A stretch of DNA of 32,000 nucleotides from Planctopirus limnophila DSM 3776 (GCF_000092105.1 NC_014148.1:750001-782000); one strand, 5' to 3'. Shown: positions 7,675 to 16,650, numbered from the stretch's first letter. Translations and numbers: made by a program. Notes: generated by a model not told the origin, from the sequence alone.

Positions 7675-7760
7675 GGCCCCGGTTGAAGATCTGATTTCTA
7701 CCAGGGTGGTGAAGCCACAAGGGATATTCTTCCTGCCCTGCCGCAATTGTGAATCAGGAA
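7675..7760 (+). repeat. Intergenic repeat, copy 3 (5' module only)
   Basis: GGCCCCGGTTGAAGATCTGATTTCTACCAGGGTGGTGAAGC followed by GCAATTGTGAATCAGG (7743-7758). The GGCCCCGG lead-in is shared with copy 1. I could not align the promoter-like and 3' hairpin blocks downstream. Confidence 0.7.
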
Positions 7761-7905
7761 TGTTTTCATGCGAGCAACGGGCAGGGCGTGCTGGTTGTTA
7801 CGAAAGCCTGCTCTCCCTCTGGCACGTAAGTCACTCGCTGGCGAACGATCTTTGCCGCCTTAGGAAATACGAGACCTGGCTCGAACGCTTTTCAGCGAGA
7901 TCTCC

Positions 7906-10900
7906 TTACTTTTTGGTGGCGAGCCAGTCGTCAACGACGACTTCCAGTTCTGCCAGTGGGATGGCTCCATTCTTGAGAATGACATCGTGGAATTCGCGTA
8001 GGTCGAGTTTTTCGCCCAGTTGAGCCTTGGCCTTCTTGCGAAGTTCCTTGATCTTCAATTCGCCAATCTTGTAAGCCAGAGCCTGACCGGGCCACGAAAT
8101 ATAACGATCCACCTCGTTCACTATATCGAGTTCCGTCTTGGCCGAGTTATCTCGGAAAAACTGGATGGCCTGTTCCCGAGTCCAGCCTTTCGAGTGAATG
8201 CCGGTATCGACCACCAGACGGATCGCACGCCACATCTCATACGTGAGTTGCCCGAATTTGGCATAAGGGTCGTCATAGACACCTAATTCTTCGCCGAGGC
8301 TTTCACTATAGAGTGCCCAGCCTTCGACGAAAGCCGTAAATCCAGCGAAGCGGCGGAAGTTGGGGACGCCTTCGAGTTCGGTTGATAACGCAATCTGCAG
8401 GTGATGCCCGGGAACGGATTCATGGAGCGACAACGCGGGAATCTCGTACTTGGGTCGCATTTGGGGCTGATAGAGATTCACAAAGAACATTCCGGCACGA
8501 GAGCCATCGGCCGATGGTGGGTAGTAATAGGCCGCTGTGGTATCTGGCGCCATATTGGCGGGGATCGCCTTCACGCCATAAGGAATTCGCGGCAACGTCT
8601 TAAAGAGTTTCGTGAGTTGCGGGTCTACCCGTTTACAAAAGGCTTCGTATTCAGTGAGAAGTTCTTTTTCATTCTGGAAGTAGAACCTGGGATCAGTGCG
8701 TAAGGATTCGAAGAAGGCCTTCAGATCGCCCTGAAATTGAACCTGCTCGCGGATCTTTTCCATTTCGGCACGAATGCGCGCGACTTCATTCAGGCCTATC
8801 TGATGAACTTCATTAGGGGTCATATCGAGAGTCGTAAATTCACGGACTCGAAACTTGTAGACTTCGTCGCCGCCAGGAAGATTCGAAACGCCAGCTCCTG
8901 CATAGCACGCCGGTAGATACTTGTTCGTAAAGAAATCGAGGAACTTCTGATAGGCAGGGACAATCTTGGTACGAATCGCTTCCTGAGCGGCCTGCTGGAG
9001 CTCATCCCGCTGCGGAGCGAGATCTTGAGGAATGCTGGTAAAGGGCTTATAGAACAGGCTTTGTGTCGGATCTTTGACAATTTGTCGCTCAATCTGCTTG
9101 ACGACCCGCTGCATGGTGATCTTCGGTTGCAGGCGGCCTGCGCGAATCCCTTCTTCCATCAAGGCAATTGTCTGATCCATATAGACAGGAAAACTGTTGA
9201 TGCGCGCAATCCAGTTCTGATAGCTGGCAAGATCGCCAAACTGAATCGAGTCAGTGATGGAGTTTTCATCCTGGATTCCTTCCCGCTGAGTGAGAGGGAC
9301 GAGGTACCATTTGGTTTTCGTTTCTTCGATGTTCATCGCGAGTTGGCGGGCATAGAGCCTGGCGTTGAACTGAGCTTTGGCCGAGAGTGGCTTCCCGCGA
9401 ATCTGTTCCAGCTTTTCGGCAGAGATCTTCATCTGCTCGTGACGCTGCTTGATGGCAGGAAGCGAGATGTCTGGCCAGAGGGCATCGTAGCGGGTATCGC
9501 CTAGATATGAGGCAAATGTGGGCGAGTTCTTGAGTGTCTGTTCCCACTCCTGATCGAAGAAGGCTTCAAGCTCGGCATCGGCGACAGTTTTCGAGCAGAC
9601 CGGCAATTCTTGTGACGTTGATCCACCGGAAGGTCCTGCACCTTGTGTGTATTTCAGCAGAAAGGCGAGTTCGATCGCGAGATCTTCGATGGTCTTACTG
9701 ACAGGCCGGGCACCGGTGTGTCCCAGCGCATCATCGTACATCAGGAAGATCGGTCGCTTGAGCGCGGGGACGGCTTGCAGCCGGGCAACCATCTTGCGGG
9801 CATGGTTGGGATCAACTCGCGTATCCGCATCTCCGGTAATGAACATGGCCGCCGGGTAGTTCACGTTCGGGTCGATGTGGTGATAGGGCGAATACGACTT
9901 GAGAATGGGATACATTTCGGGATCTTCGCTGCTGCCGTACTCGGGGACCCAGAAACGAGCCACGAGGAACTGGTGATAACGGAGCATATCGAGCAGCGGG
10001 TAGGAACAGACGACCGCTGCAAAGAGCTCGGGTCGCTGGGTCATGGCGGTGCCCACGAGGAGACCACCGTTACTGCCACCATTAATGGCCAGATGGGCGG
10101 GCGATGTGTACTTGTTGGCAATCAGGTATTCGGCAGCCGCATAAAAATCATCAAAGACGTTCTGCTTCTTTTTGAGATAGCCGGCCGTGTGCCAGTCTTC
10201 GCCAAACTCGCCGCCACCCCTCAGGTTGGCGACGGCATACACACCACCCAGTTCCATCCAGAGGGCGGCTTTGGTGGAGAAGCCGGGGGTGAGATTGACC
10301 GCGAAACCTCCATAGCCATAGAGCAAAGTGGGGTTCGTGCCATTGAGTTCGAGGCCTTTGCGATGAGCGATAAACATGGGGATGCGCGTTCCGTCTTTGG
10401 AGGGGAACCACACCTGCCGGACAGTGAACTTTTCGCTATCGAAGGGGATCTCGGATTGATGCCAGACAGTCGTTTTCTGTGTGGGAATATCGAACTGATA
10501 GATTGTCCCCGGAACAATATAGCTGCTGAAACTATAGTAGAGTTCGGATTGATCCCACGCCCCTGAGGCGCCTGAGATCGATCCCAACGTCGGAGGATCG
10601 ATTGAGAAAAGTTCTTTCCCGGTGAGATCGTAGGCTTTGAGTTCTGAGACCACGTTTCGCAACCAGCGGATAAAAAGCTTCCCCCCAACGAGTGAGATCC
10701 CTTCGAGTGATGCCTCAGACTGAGGGACAATGACGGGGCATTGATCAAGGACCGGTTGACGAAGATCTGCGAGAAGCAGCTGGCCTCGGGGTGCTTTCCA
10801 GGTGGTCCGGACAATCGCACGATGATCAATGGCATCGACTTCAAACTCGGCCTCAAGACCGACAGCGAAGGGAAGGATCGGCTCGTTGGGCTTGGCGAGC

Positions 10901-11757
10901 GACTGAATGTAGACATCATTCTGCGAGGAGGCCCCGAGATAAACATGATAAATGAGCCATTGGTCATCTTCTGAGAGACGCACACCGAGAATCTTCTCCG
11001 GGCCGAACTTCTCGCCAAACAGGAGTGTTTCCTTTCCAGTAGCGAGGTCGCGAACGTACGCGCGGGGGCCGATCTTCTGATCGTGACGCGAAAGATAGAC
11101 CTTCTGGCCATCGCGTGAGAACGACAGGCTGGAATAGCGACCTTTCGGGAACTCGGTCTTTGCAAACGATTTGGTGGTGACATTGAACAGGCGAGGGGTG
11201 ACTTCGTCCTCGCCACCAGTGCGAACACCACAGATGAGCAGGTTGCCATCGTGAGTGACGTCCATCAGATTGACAGTCGTTTTTCCATCCGACGAGAGCT
11301 TCTGCGGATCAATCAGGAGTTCATCGGGAGCATTCACCGATGGCCTGTACCAGATGCTGGGGACATCGGCAGAGGCGGTGCGTTTCGAGAAGAAAGCGCG
11401 ACCTCCACGAACGACCGGCATGCCGACACTGTCCACTTTGAGAAGCTCGGCTAACCGGGCCTTGAGTTCAGGAATTTGCGGCCAGCTACTGGCAGAACTT
11501 GTGATGTACTGAGCCTGCTCGCTGAGCCATTCCCGAGTGGCGGGAGCTTTTTGATCTTCGAGCCAGCGGTAGGGATCGACGATCGTTTCGCCATGAAAGA
11601 CTTCGGGAACGTTATCCGTTTTTGCCACGGGTGGTTTCAACAAGATCTCTTCAGCAGCAGCAATCGACATGAATTGCATTCCCGAAAGACAGAGCATTGC
11701 CAGAGAAAGAAATGCGAGGATATGGCATTTTGTATCTCGTCGAGAGGCTGTCGGCAT
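7906..11757 (-). CDS. Secreted prolyl oligopeptidase (S9A) fused to a DUF885-type putative metallopeptidase domain
   Basis: 1283-aa ORF with a signal peptide. The N-terminal half has the POP hallmarks DPYRWLED, GGSNGGLL (nucleophile Ser), GDADTRV and GHTG. A Gly/Ser linker (GAGPSGGSTS, about 9610-9645) follows. The C-terminal half has the DUF885-typical LHESVPGHHLQ and NSPTFASYLGD. Confidence 0.9.
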   Translation of the reverse strand: MPTASRRDTKCHILAFLSLAMLCLSGMQFMSIAAAEEILLKPPVAKTDNVPEVFHGETIVDPYRWLEDQKAPATREWLSEQAQYITSSASSWPQIPELKARLAELLKVDSVGMPVVRGGRAFFSKRTASADVPSIWYRPSVNAPDELLIDPQKLSSDGKTTVNLMDVTHDGNLLICGVRTGGEDEVTPRLFNVTTKSFAKTEFPKGRYSSLSFSRDGQKVYLSRHDQKIGPRAYVRDLATGKETLLFGEKFGPEKILGVRLSEDDQWLIYHVYLGASSQNDVYIQSLAKPNEPILPFAVGLEAEFEVDAIDHRAIVRTTWKAPRGQLLLADLRQPVLDQCPVIVPQSEASLEGISLVGGKLFIRWLRNVVSELKAYDLTGKELFSIDPPTLGSISGASGAWDQSELYYSFSSYIVPGTIYQFDIPTQKTTVWHQSEIPFDSEKFTVRQVWFPSKDGTRIPMFIAHRKGLELNGTNPTLLYGYGGFAVNLTPGFSTKAALWMELGGVYAVANLRGGGEFGEDWHTAGYLKKKQNVFDDFYAAAEYLIANKYTSPAHLAINGGSNGGLLVGTAMTQRPELFAAVVCSYPLLDMLRYHQFLVARFWVPEYGSSEDPEMYPILKSYSPYHHIDPNVNYPAAMFITGDADTRVDPNHARKMVARLQAVPALKRPIFLMYDDALGHTGARPVSKTIEDLAIELAFLLKYTQGAGPSGGSTSQELPVCSKTVADAELEAFFDQEWEQTLKNSPTFASYLGDTRYDALWPDISLPAIKQRHEQMKISAEKLEQIRGKPLSAKAQFNARLYARQLAMNIEETKTKWYLVPLTQREGIQDENSITDSIQFGDLASYQNWIARINSFPVYMDQTIALMEEGIRAGRLQPKITMQRVVKQIERQIVKDPTQSLFYKPFTSIPQDLAPQRDELQQAAQEAIRTKIVPAYQKFLDFFTNKYLPACYAGAGVSNLPGGDEVYKFRVREFTTLDMTPNEVHQIGLNEVARIRAEMEKIREQVQFQGDLKAFFESLRTDPRFYFQNEKELLTEYEAFCKRVDPQLTKLFKTLPRIPYGVKAIPANMAPDTTAAYYYPPSADGSRAGMFFVNLYQPQMRPKYEIPALSLHESVPGHHLQIALSTELEGVPNFRRFAGFTAFVEGWALYSESLGEELGVYDDPYAKFGQLTYEMWRAIRLVVDTGIHSKGWTREQAIQFFRDNSAKTELDIVNEVDRYISWPGQALAYKIGELKIKELRKKAKAQLGEKLDLREFHDVILKNGAIPLAELEVVVDDWLATKK

Positions 11758-12186
11758 AACGTGATTCCTGAGTTTGCGGGAGACCGATGCAGAGCGTCTG
11801 ATGAACGCTGAACTCTCCGCATCAGGATCGTTGTGAGGAACAAAAAGAGTAACCGCTTAAGTCAAATTCTGCCTGAAAATTATCGGTTGTTTTGGCTTCC
11901 TGAGAAGTGATCTTCTTAAGGAAGCCGTAATGCATGACGAGTATTTGGTACAAGGAAATGACGTTTTCCACAGTGCAAGATCATGACAGAATAGCGTTGC
12001 TCTGCAAAGTGAACCGGGCGGATGAGAGATGATTTTGCGACGGTTGATGCTGAAGGGGCAGCAAGTCAGAAAGTGATGTGGAGGGGCTCGCGCGAAGCCG
12101 CGAAGATCTCGAAGGGAAGGCCAAGGTGATTGAGTGAGGCAACGAGATCCGATAGATCGATCTCAGAAAGTGAATGAACCAACTTC

Positions 12187-12672
12187 TTATATGGGCAAAA
12201 GGATTTCCCACCAGTATCTGGTGGGACCCTGAGAGAGAATTTTGCCCTGGCCAGCCTGTGCCCAGAAGGGTTGCTGATTGGATTCAGACCAGAATTCCAT
12301 CGTCTGAAGATCGATACTGGCGATGACTTCCCCACGAGATTCGATCCAGACGCGGCAATCAGGAGGATCACTTCGGCGGATTGTGGCATACCAAACGTCG
12401 AGCGCGTGGTGACCATTCACGACAAACTCTTGTCGATGACCCGCCGGTGATGTGACAAACAAGATCTCGTCAGTCTCTCGGCCAATACGACGACACTTAA
12501 GCTGTAGCTGCCAACCCTCTTGTAAAGCAGCATCTAATGGTGGGCCCCATGGGCCGGGGAGTTCTAACGCGATCCATACAAGTGGGCGAAATACAAAGTA
12601 CCAGACGAGTACCCTTATACCGACCGAGCGGATGTAACTTCGGGTTTGAGGGGAGATAGATCGCATGATCAA
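12187..12672 (-). CDS. Hypothetical protein with one N-terminal TM helix
   Basis: 161-aa ORF starting 52 nt downstream of the DinB-family gene on the same strand. No recognisable motif. Confidence 0.45.
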   Translation of the reverse strand: MIMRSISPQTRSYIRSVGIRVLVWYFVFRPLVWIALELPGPWGPPLDAALQEGWQLQLKCRRIGRETDEILFVTSPAGHRQEFVVNGHHALDVWYATIRRSDPPDCRVWIESRGEVIASIDLQTMEFWSESNQQPFWAQAGQGKILSQGPTRYWWEILLPI

Positions 12673-12724
12673 TGGCCACTCTCTGGGCTCACAAATCGTC
12701 CGGTTCGAGTGGAGTTGCGATCAA

Positions 12725-13225
12725 TCAGCCATGAGTCGCTTTATAGAGATTGAGGGCGGCGTGGGCCTGGCCCTGGTGGTGGGCTTCGTGCCAGGCGAGA
12801 ACCTGGAGGACTCGTTCGAGATTCCAGCCGCGATCGCGGAGGGGTTCCGGAATCACACCCAGATCATCATCATTGAATGTCGAGAGAGCGCTGAAGAGGT
12901 GCTGACGAGTTTCGCTGAGGACATTGCGAATCAGTTCGGCTTCCGGAATCTCTTCATCCGGAGTGCTCCCTCCTTTGAAGCGTGGTACGAGATCGGCAAA
13001 GGCAGCCGGGCGGGCCATGAGACGCTCTGTGGCGAAGAGTTCTTCCGTAATCCCCACATGAAGAATTTGCCAGGCGAAGTGAGCACGTCCTTGGCCAGGC
13101 CGCCAGCCGAGAATTCGACCTGTAGGATCGGTCTTGAGTAGCTCATCCAGCGTGGCAAGCGTTTTTGTGCGGGCAAAGACAAGTTGTGACTGATAAACCT
13201 GGATGGCACTGGTCGGCGTTCGCAT
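12725..13225 (-). CDS. DinB-family (DinB_2/YfiT-like) metal-dependent protein
   Basis: 166-aa ORF with a DinB-type four-helix pattern. The conserved His residues include the C-terminal WHEAHHQGQ. Confidence 0.8.
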   Translation of the reverse strand: MRTPTSAIQVYQSQLVFARTKTLATLDELLKTDPTGRILGWRPGQGRAHFAWQILHVGITEELFATERLMARPAAFADLVPRFKGGSTPDEEIPEAELIRNVLSETRQHLFSALSTFNDDDLGVIPEPLRDRGWNLERVLQVLAWHEAHHQGQAHAALNLYKATHG

Positions 13226-13379
13226 GGTGAGATGTCCTTTGCTGTGTTGCCCTTATCTTGTGATGATCATGGGATAAACTCAAGCCGTCCGAAGGAATGA
13301 GTCTTTGGTCGATGTGATTGCGACGATGGGATTCGTTGCATCGACAGGAATGATGGAAGTTTCCAGCGACAGGTAGACC

Positions 13380-14804
13380 GTGCACGATTACGACGCAGCA
13401 ATCCAGTTTCTGCTCCATCGCGTGAATTATGAGCGGGCTCATGCCGACTCATTGCGGGGTGAAACATTGAAACTTGGCCGGATGCAGCGGCTGCTGGAAA
13501 GGATTGGTCATCCCGAGAAGAAGATTCCCGTCGTGCATATTGCCGGCACAAAGGGAAAGGGCTCAACTTCGACGATGGTGGCCAACCTGCTCAGGGGAGC
13601 AGGGCTCTCTGTGGGCCTGTTTACATCGCCTCATATTCACCGGCTCGAAGAGCGTTTTACTGTTAATGGCGAATTGCCCTGTGAGGAAGAAGTTCGACAA
13701 CTGGTCGAAGATCTTGTTCCCGTGATTGAGCAGATGGATCGCGAGGGCCCCGAGTGGCATGTCACATTTTTTGAAGCGGTGACGGCCATGGCCTGGATGC
13801 ACTACATCCGCAAGCAGGTACAGATCGCAGTGCTGGAAGTGGGGTTAGGTGGGCGGCTCGATTCAACAAATATTTGCCAGCCGCTGGTCTGCGTGATTAC
13901 GAACATCAGCCGGGATCACACACAGATACTCGGTGCGACGACGGATCTGATTGCCAGGGAAAAAGCGGGGATCATTAAGGCAAGTGTTCCTGTGGTGAGT
14001 GGTGTACTGGATGAGTTGGCCCGGCCTGTGATCGCGGCAATTGCGAAAGAACGTGATGCTCCTCTATGGCAATTGGGAGAGCAGCTTTTCTGCCGCAGCC
14101 TCGATGAAAGATCGCCGGATGATCCTGCCAGGCGACAGATCGCAGTCTCTGCGACGAATGCTCCGTGGGGTGACGGTGAAGTCTTGAGCCAGGTTCCGCT
14201 GTTGGGGAAACATCAGGAATTGAACACGACCCTCGCCTTGTTTGCCGGTCTGCTGGCTTGGGAAAAATGGCGAGGCACTCATGACGGGCAGAATTGGCTG
14301 GCTGTACGAGAGAATTCCGATGACGGAAATCGTGATCGAATGGTGGCTGGCCTCGAAAGATCGGTCTGGCCAGGGCGGATTGAACGGATCCCCGGGAAGC
14401 CACCCATTATTCTCGATCCAGCACATAACTGGGCATCGATGAATGCGCTCTTTGATACGCTGCAGGACGAGTTCAAAGACTGCCGACTCACGGTGATTTT
14501 TGGAACCACACGCGATAAGGATGTCTCGGGGCTGATGCGATTGGTACGGCATCATGCGGATCGACTGATCCTGACGAAATATCAGGAGAATCCGCGAGGA
14601 GTCAGCGTGCAGGAACTTTCGATCGTCGCCCGCACGATCAGCGACCAGCCCTTTCTGACGGCTGCGACACCGATGGAAGCCCTGGCGATGGCTCGAAACG
14701 TTTGTGGCCAGTCCAGTGATCATCAATTCAACGACCTGATTGTGATTACTGGTTCCTTTTATCTGATTGCCGAGGTTCGCGGATCGATTCTTGCTGGTCA
14801 ATAA
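13380..14804 (+). CDS. folC: Folylpolyglutamate synthase / dihydrofolate synthase
   Basis: 474-aa ORF with a GTG start. It has the Mur-ligase P-loop HIAGTKGKGST and the FolC-typical N-terminus (AIQFLL...) and TSPH motif. Confidence 0.9.
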   Translation: MHDYDAAIQFLLHRVNYERAHADSLRGETLKLGRMQRLLERIGHPEKKIPVVHIAGTKGKGSTSTMVANLLRGAGLSVGLFTSPHIHRLEERFTVNGELPCEEEVRQLVEDLVPVIEQMDREGPEWHVTFFEAVTAMAWMHYIRKQVQIAVLEVGLGGRLDSTNICQPLVCVITNISRDHTQILGATTDLIAREKAGIIKASVPVVSGVLDELARPVIAAIAKERDAPLWQLGEQLFCRSLDERSPDDPARRQIAVSATNAPWGDGEVLSQVPLLGKHQELNTTLALFAGLLAWEKWRGTHDGQNWLAVRENSDDGNRDRMVAGLERSVWPGRIERIPGKPPIILDPAHNWASMNALFDTLQDEFKDCRLTVIFGTTRDKDVSGLMRLVRHHADRLILTKYQENPRGVSVQELSIVARTISDQPFLTAATPMEALAMARNVCGQSSDHQFNDLIVITGSFYLIAEVRGSILAGQ

Positions 14805-14832
14805 TCTCTCGATCGGACATTGACGATCAACG

Positions 14833-14869
14833 AAAAAGCGGTACATGACCAAAGAGGCCATGCACCGCT
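14833..14869 (-). terminator. Intrinsic terminator of the His-rich lipoprotein gene
   Basis: Imperfect hairpin AGCGGT-A-CATG-A-CC / GG-C-CATG-C-ACCGCT at 14837-14869. On the minus strand it is followed by TTTT (complement of 14833-14836). Confidence 0.5.
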
Positions 14870-14924
14870 GAAGATCATTGTCGATTGTCGAGATCCATTG
14901 CCAGAAGGCTTTTTTGAAGCGAGG

Positions 14925-15500
14925 CTACTTCTTCTCTTCTGGGGCTTTTTCAGCCGGGGCTTTTTCTTTGCTGTCATGATCATGGTCGTGATCGTGATCC
15001 ATGTGGACATCGAGGAATGGACTGTAGACCTTTTCATCGATGGTGATCTTGGCTGTCCCGTGAATGAAGCCAGCTTCGATCAGTTCATGAATTTTTGCTT
15101 CGTCAACGAGCTCATAGCGAGAGGTTTTGCCATCGGCCTCGCCTTCGAGTGGAGCGGCCTTGAGCACGAGCTTATCGCCCCCTTCGCCAGCCAGCTCCAC
15201 TTCGGTGGCGGTGGTGGTGTAAGGAGTCTTGCCGTCGCTGCCCAGAAGGAAAATGATCAGTGCATGGCGTTTGCCATCGACCACAATTTCACCCTGAACA
15301 TCTTTGAAATCTTTGGCGAGCGAGAACAGGCTGCCACCATTCGGGCCGGCAGGGCCATGTTCGTGGCCGTGATCGTCGTGACCAGTTTCCTGCTTTAACT
15401 GAGTTGCTGTTTTGTAATCGCCACTGCCACCACAGCCGAGAGTGAAAGTTGTCAGCACGCAAAGTGCAGCCGCCAGTTTGAATCCATTGAAAGTTTGCAT
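14925..15500 (-). CDS. His-rich (HD-repeat) probable lipoprotein, putative metal-binding
   Basis: 191-aa ORF. The signal peptide ends FTLGCGG. It has HDDHGHEHG near the N-terminus and HMDHDHDHDHD plus a Lys/Glu/Pro-rich tail at the C-terminus. The antisense ORF 14820-15398 has no such features. Confidence 0.75.
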   Translation of the reverse strand: MQTFNGFKLAAALCVLTTFTLGCGGSGDYKTATQLKQETGHDDHGHEHGPAGPNGGSLFSLAKDFKDVQGEIVVDGKRHALIIFLLGSDGKTPYTTTATEVELAGEGGDKLVLKAAPLEGEADGKTSRYELVDEAKIHELIEAGFIHGTAKITIDEKVYSPFLDVHMDHDHDHDHDSKEKAPAEKAPEEKK

Positions 15501-15614
15501 CGAAGCTTCCAGTCTGCAAAAGAGAAAGAGGTGTAAGACGCGTTGTTCAAGCCCGTTGGGAGTTCGTCAATCTAACTGCTGGAAACAATATTGCAATTGA
15601 ATTGCGAAAATTAA

Positions 15615-16565
15615 TCAGGATTCGAAAGTGTCAATTTTTTGGGGATATCGCTCGACGTGGATCCCGTCGCGACCATGCCTTTTCACATGATACATGGCTT
15701 GATCAGCCAGCGACAGGCATGTCAGCGGATCGGGGGCCATCTCGGAAAATAAGACTACTCCCACGCTGAAAGTCGTAGCTGTTCGCGCGTTGGTAATCTG
15801 AGCCCGCAGGTTCGCCAGAAGTTTCTCGACGAGACTCAAGACCTGAATTTCATCCATATCAGCCATGAGAATGGCAAACTCATCACCACCTAATCGAGCG
15901 GCGGCATCTTCCTGGCGGACGTTCTGGCTCAAGACTTCGCCGACGATTTTAAGGAGAGCATCGCCCACCTGATGGCCTTGTTCATCATTCACTGTCTTGA
16001 ATCGATCGCAGTCGATATAGACCACAGCAAAGGGATGTTGCTCTTTCCGCGAGATCAGAATCCACTCTTGAAGTTGCTCTTCAAATCCACGGGCATTCAG
16101 CAAACCTGTGACAGGATCCCGGCGTGAGCGAACCTGTTCGGCAATCAGTTGATTGCGAAGATGTTGACCCCATACAGCGCTTAACAGGCAGACTGCCAGC
16201 AGCGAGATTGTACTACTGGTGGAGACGCCCGGCCGCCAGATCGATTGAAACGTCATGTAGGCAGTCCCCAGGCCTGCAAACAACCATGGCCAGATGGCTG
16301 TGGCGTAATAAGCGATGGCTGCAAATGCGACAGGAAAGATCCAGCGGAATTCCCCGGGGGCAGCAAAGAGGCAGCGCAAAAGAATGGCGACGACAATCAC
16401 CCAGACAACCAGTTGGTGAATCCAGGGATGGCTGGTCTTCAAACGCGAAACACTTTTTTCTCGCGACTTACCCGACCGGTTCCACCACGAGAAAGGCTCA
16501 CGATGCCCATGTTGATCCTGAGCATCGAGAGCGATTTTCGGTTCGGTGAATGAACTGGGAAGCAT
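15615..16565 (-). CDS. Membrane-anchored diguanylate cyclase (GGDEF)
   Basis: 316-aa ORF with about 4 N-terminal TM helices. It has DPVTGLLNARGF and RLGGDEFAIL, and an RxxD I-site (RQED) five residues upstream of GGDEF. Confidence 0.9.
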   Translation of the reverse strand: MLPSSFTEPKIALDAQDQHGHREPFSWWNRSGKSREKSVSRLKTSHPWIHQLVVWVIVVAILLRCLFAAPGEFRWIFPVAFAAIAYYATAIWPWLFAGLGTAYMTFQSIWRPGVSTSSTISLLAVCLLSAVWGQHLRNQLIAEQVRSRRDPVTGLLNARGFEEQLQEWILISRKEQHPFAVVYIDCDRFKTVNDEQGHQVGDALLKIVGEVLSQNVRQEDAAARLGGDEFAILMADMDEIQVLSLVEKLLANLRAQITNARTATTFSVGVVLFSEMAPDPLTCLSLADQAMYHVKRHGRDGIHVERYPQKIDTFES

Positions 16566-16650
16566 AAAGTCTCAAGCAGCCAGACGTGGAGTGATCCGCT
16601 TGTCCAGAAGTCCGTTCGGCAGAACCGGACAAGCACAGGGCACGTAACGG

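Noticed and set aside
2981-7715. Are the repeats integron attC sites?
   Set aside because: The cores GTTGAAG, GTTGAAA and GTCGAAC only approximate GTTRRRY. I found no matching RYYYAAC inverse core at attC-like spacing. The 5' hairpin (26-30 nt) is far shorter than any attC. No intI-like gene or attI is in the window. I kept it as a loose analogy only.
7675-7746. The minus-strand reading of the repeat core gives GFTTLVEIRSST (CFTTPIEIRSST and CSTIPVEIRIST in the other copies), reminiscent of the prepilin N-terminal motif GFTLIELLVV
   Set aside because: The similarity stops after the Glu. No hydrophobic helix follows in any frame. The frames are closed by stops within about 35 codons and lack start codons. 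It is more parsimonious as a nucleotide-level repeat.
9643-11249. ORFs of 307 aa (9643-10566, +) and 342 aa (10221-11249, -, alternative frame) inside the POP/DUF885 gene
   Set aside because: Both overlap a frame with clear S9A peptidase motifs. Their translations are Ser/Arg/Pro/Gly-rich with no domain signatures, as expected for off-frame reading of a GC-rich gene.
12066-12416. 116-aa ORF whose C-terminal 38 residues extend past the stop of the 12187-12672 gene in another frame (possible frameshift extension)
   Set aside because: There is no slippery sequence or homology evidence available. Most of the ORF overlaps the longer frame, so it cannot be supported from sequence alone.
14064-14861. 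265-aa ORF antisense to folC, and 192-aa ORF (14820-15398, +) antisense to the His-rich lipoprotein gene
   Set aside because: The sense frames carry strong signatures, namely the Mur-ligase P-loop and a signal peptide with lipobox-like Cys. The antisense products show none.
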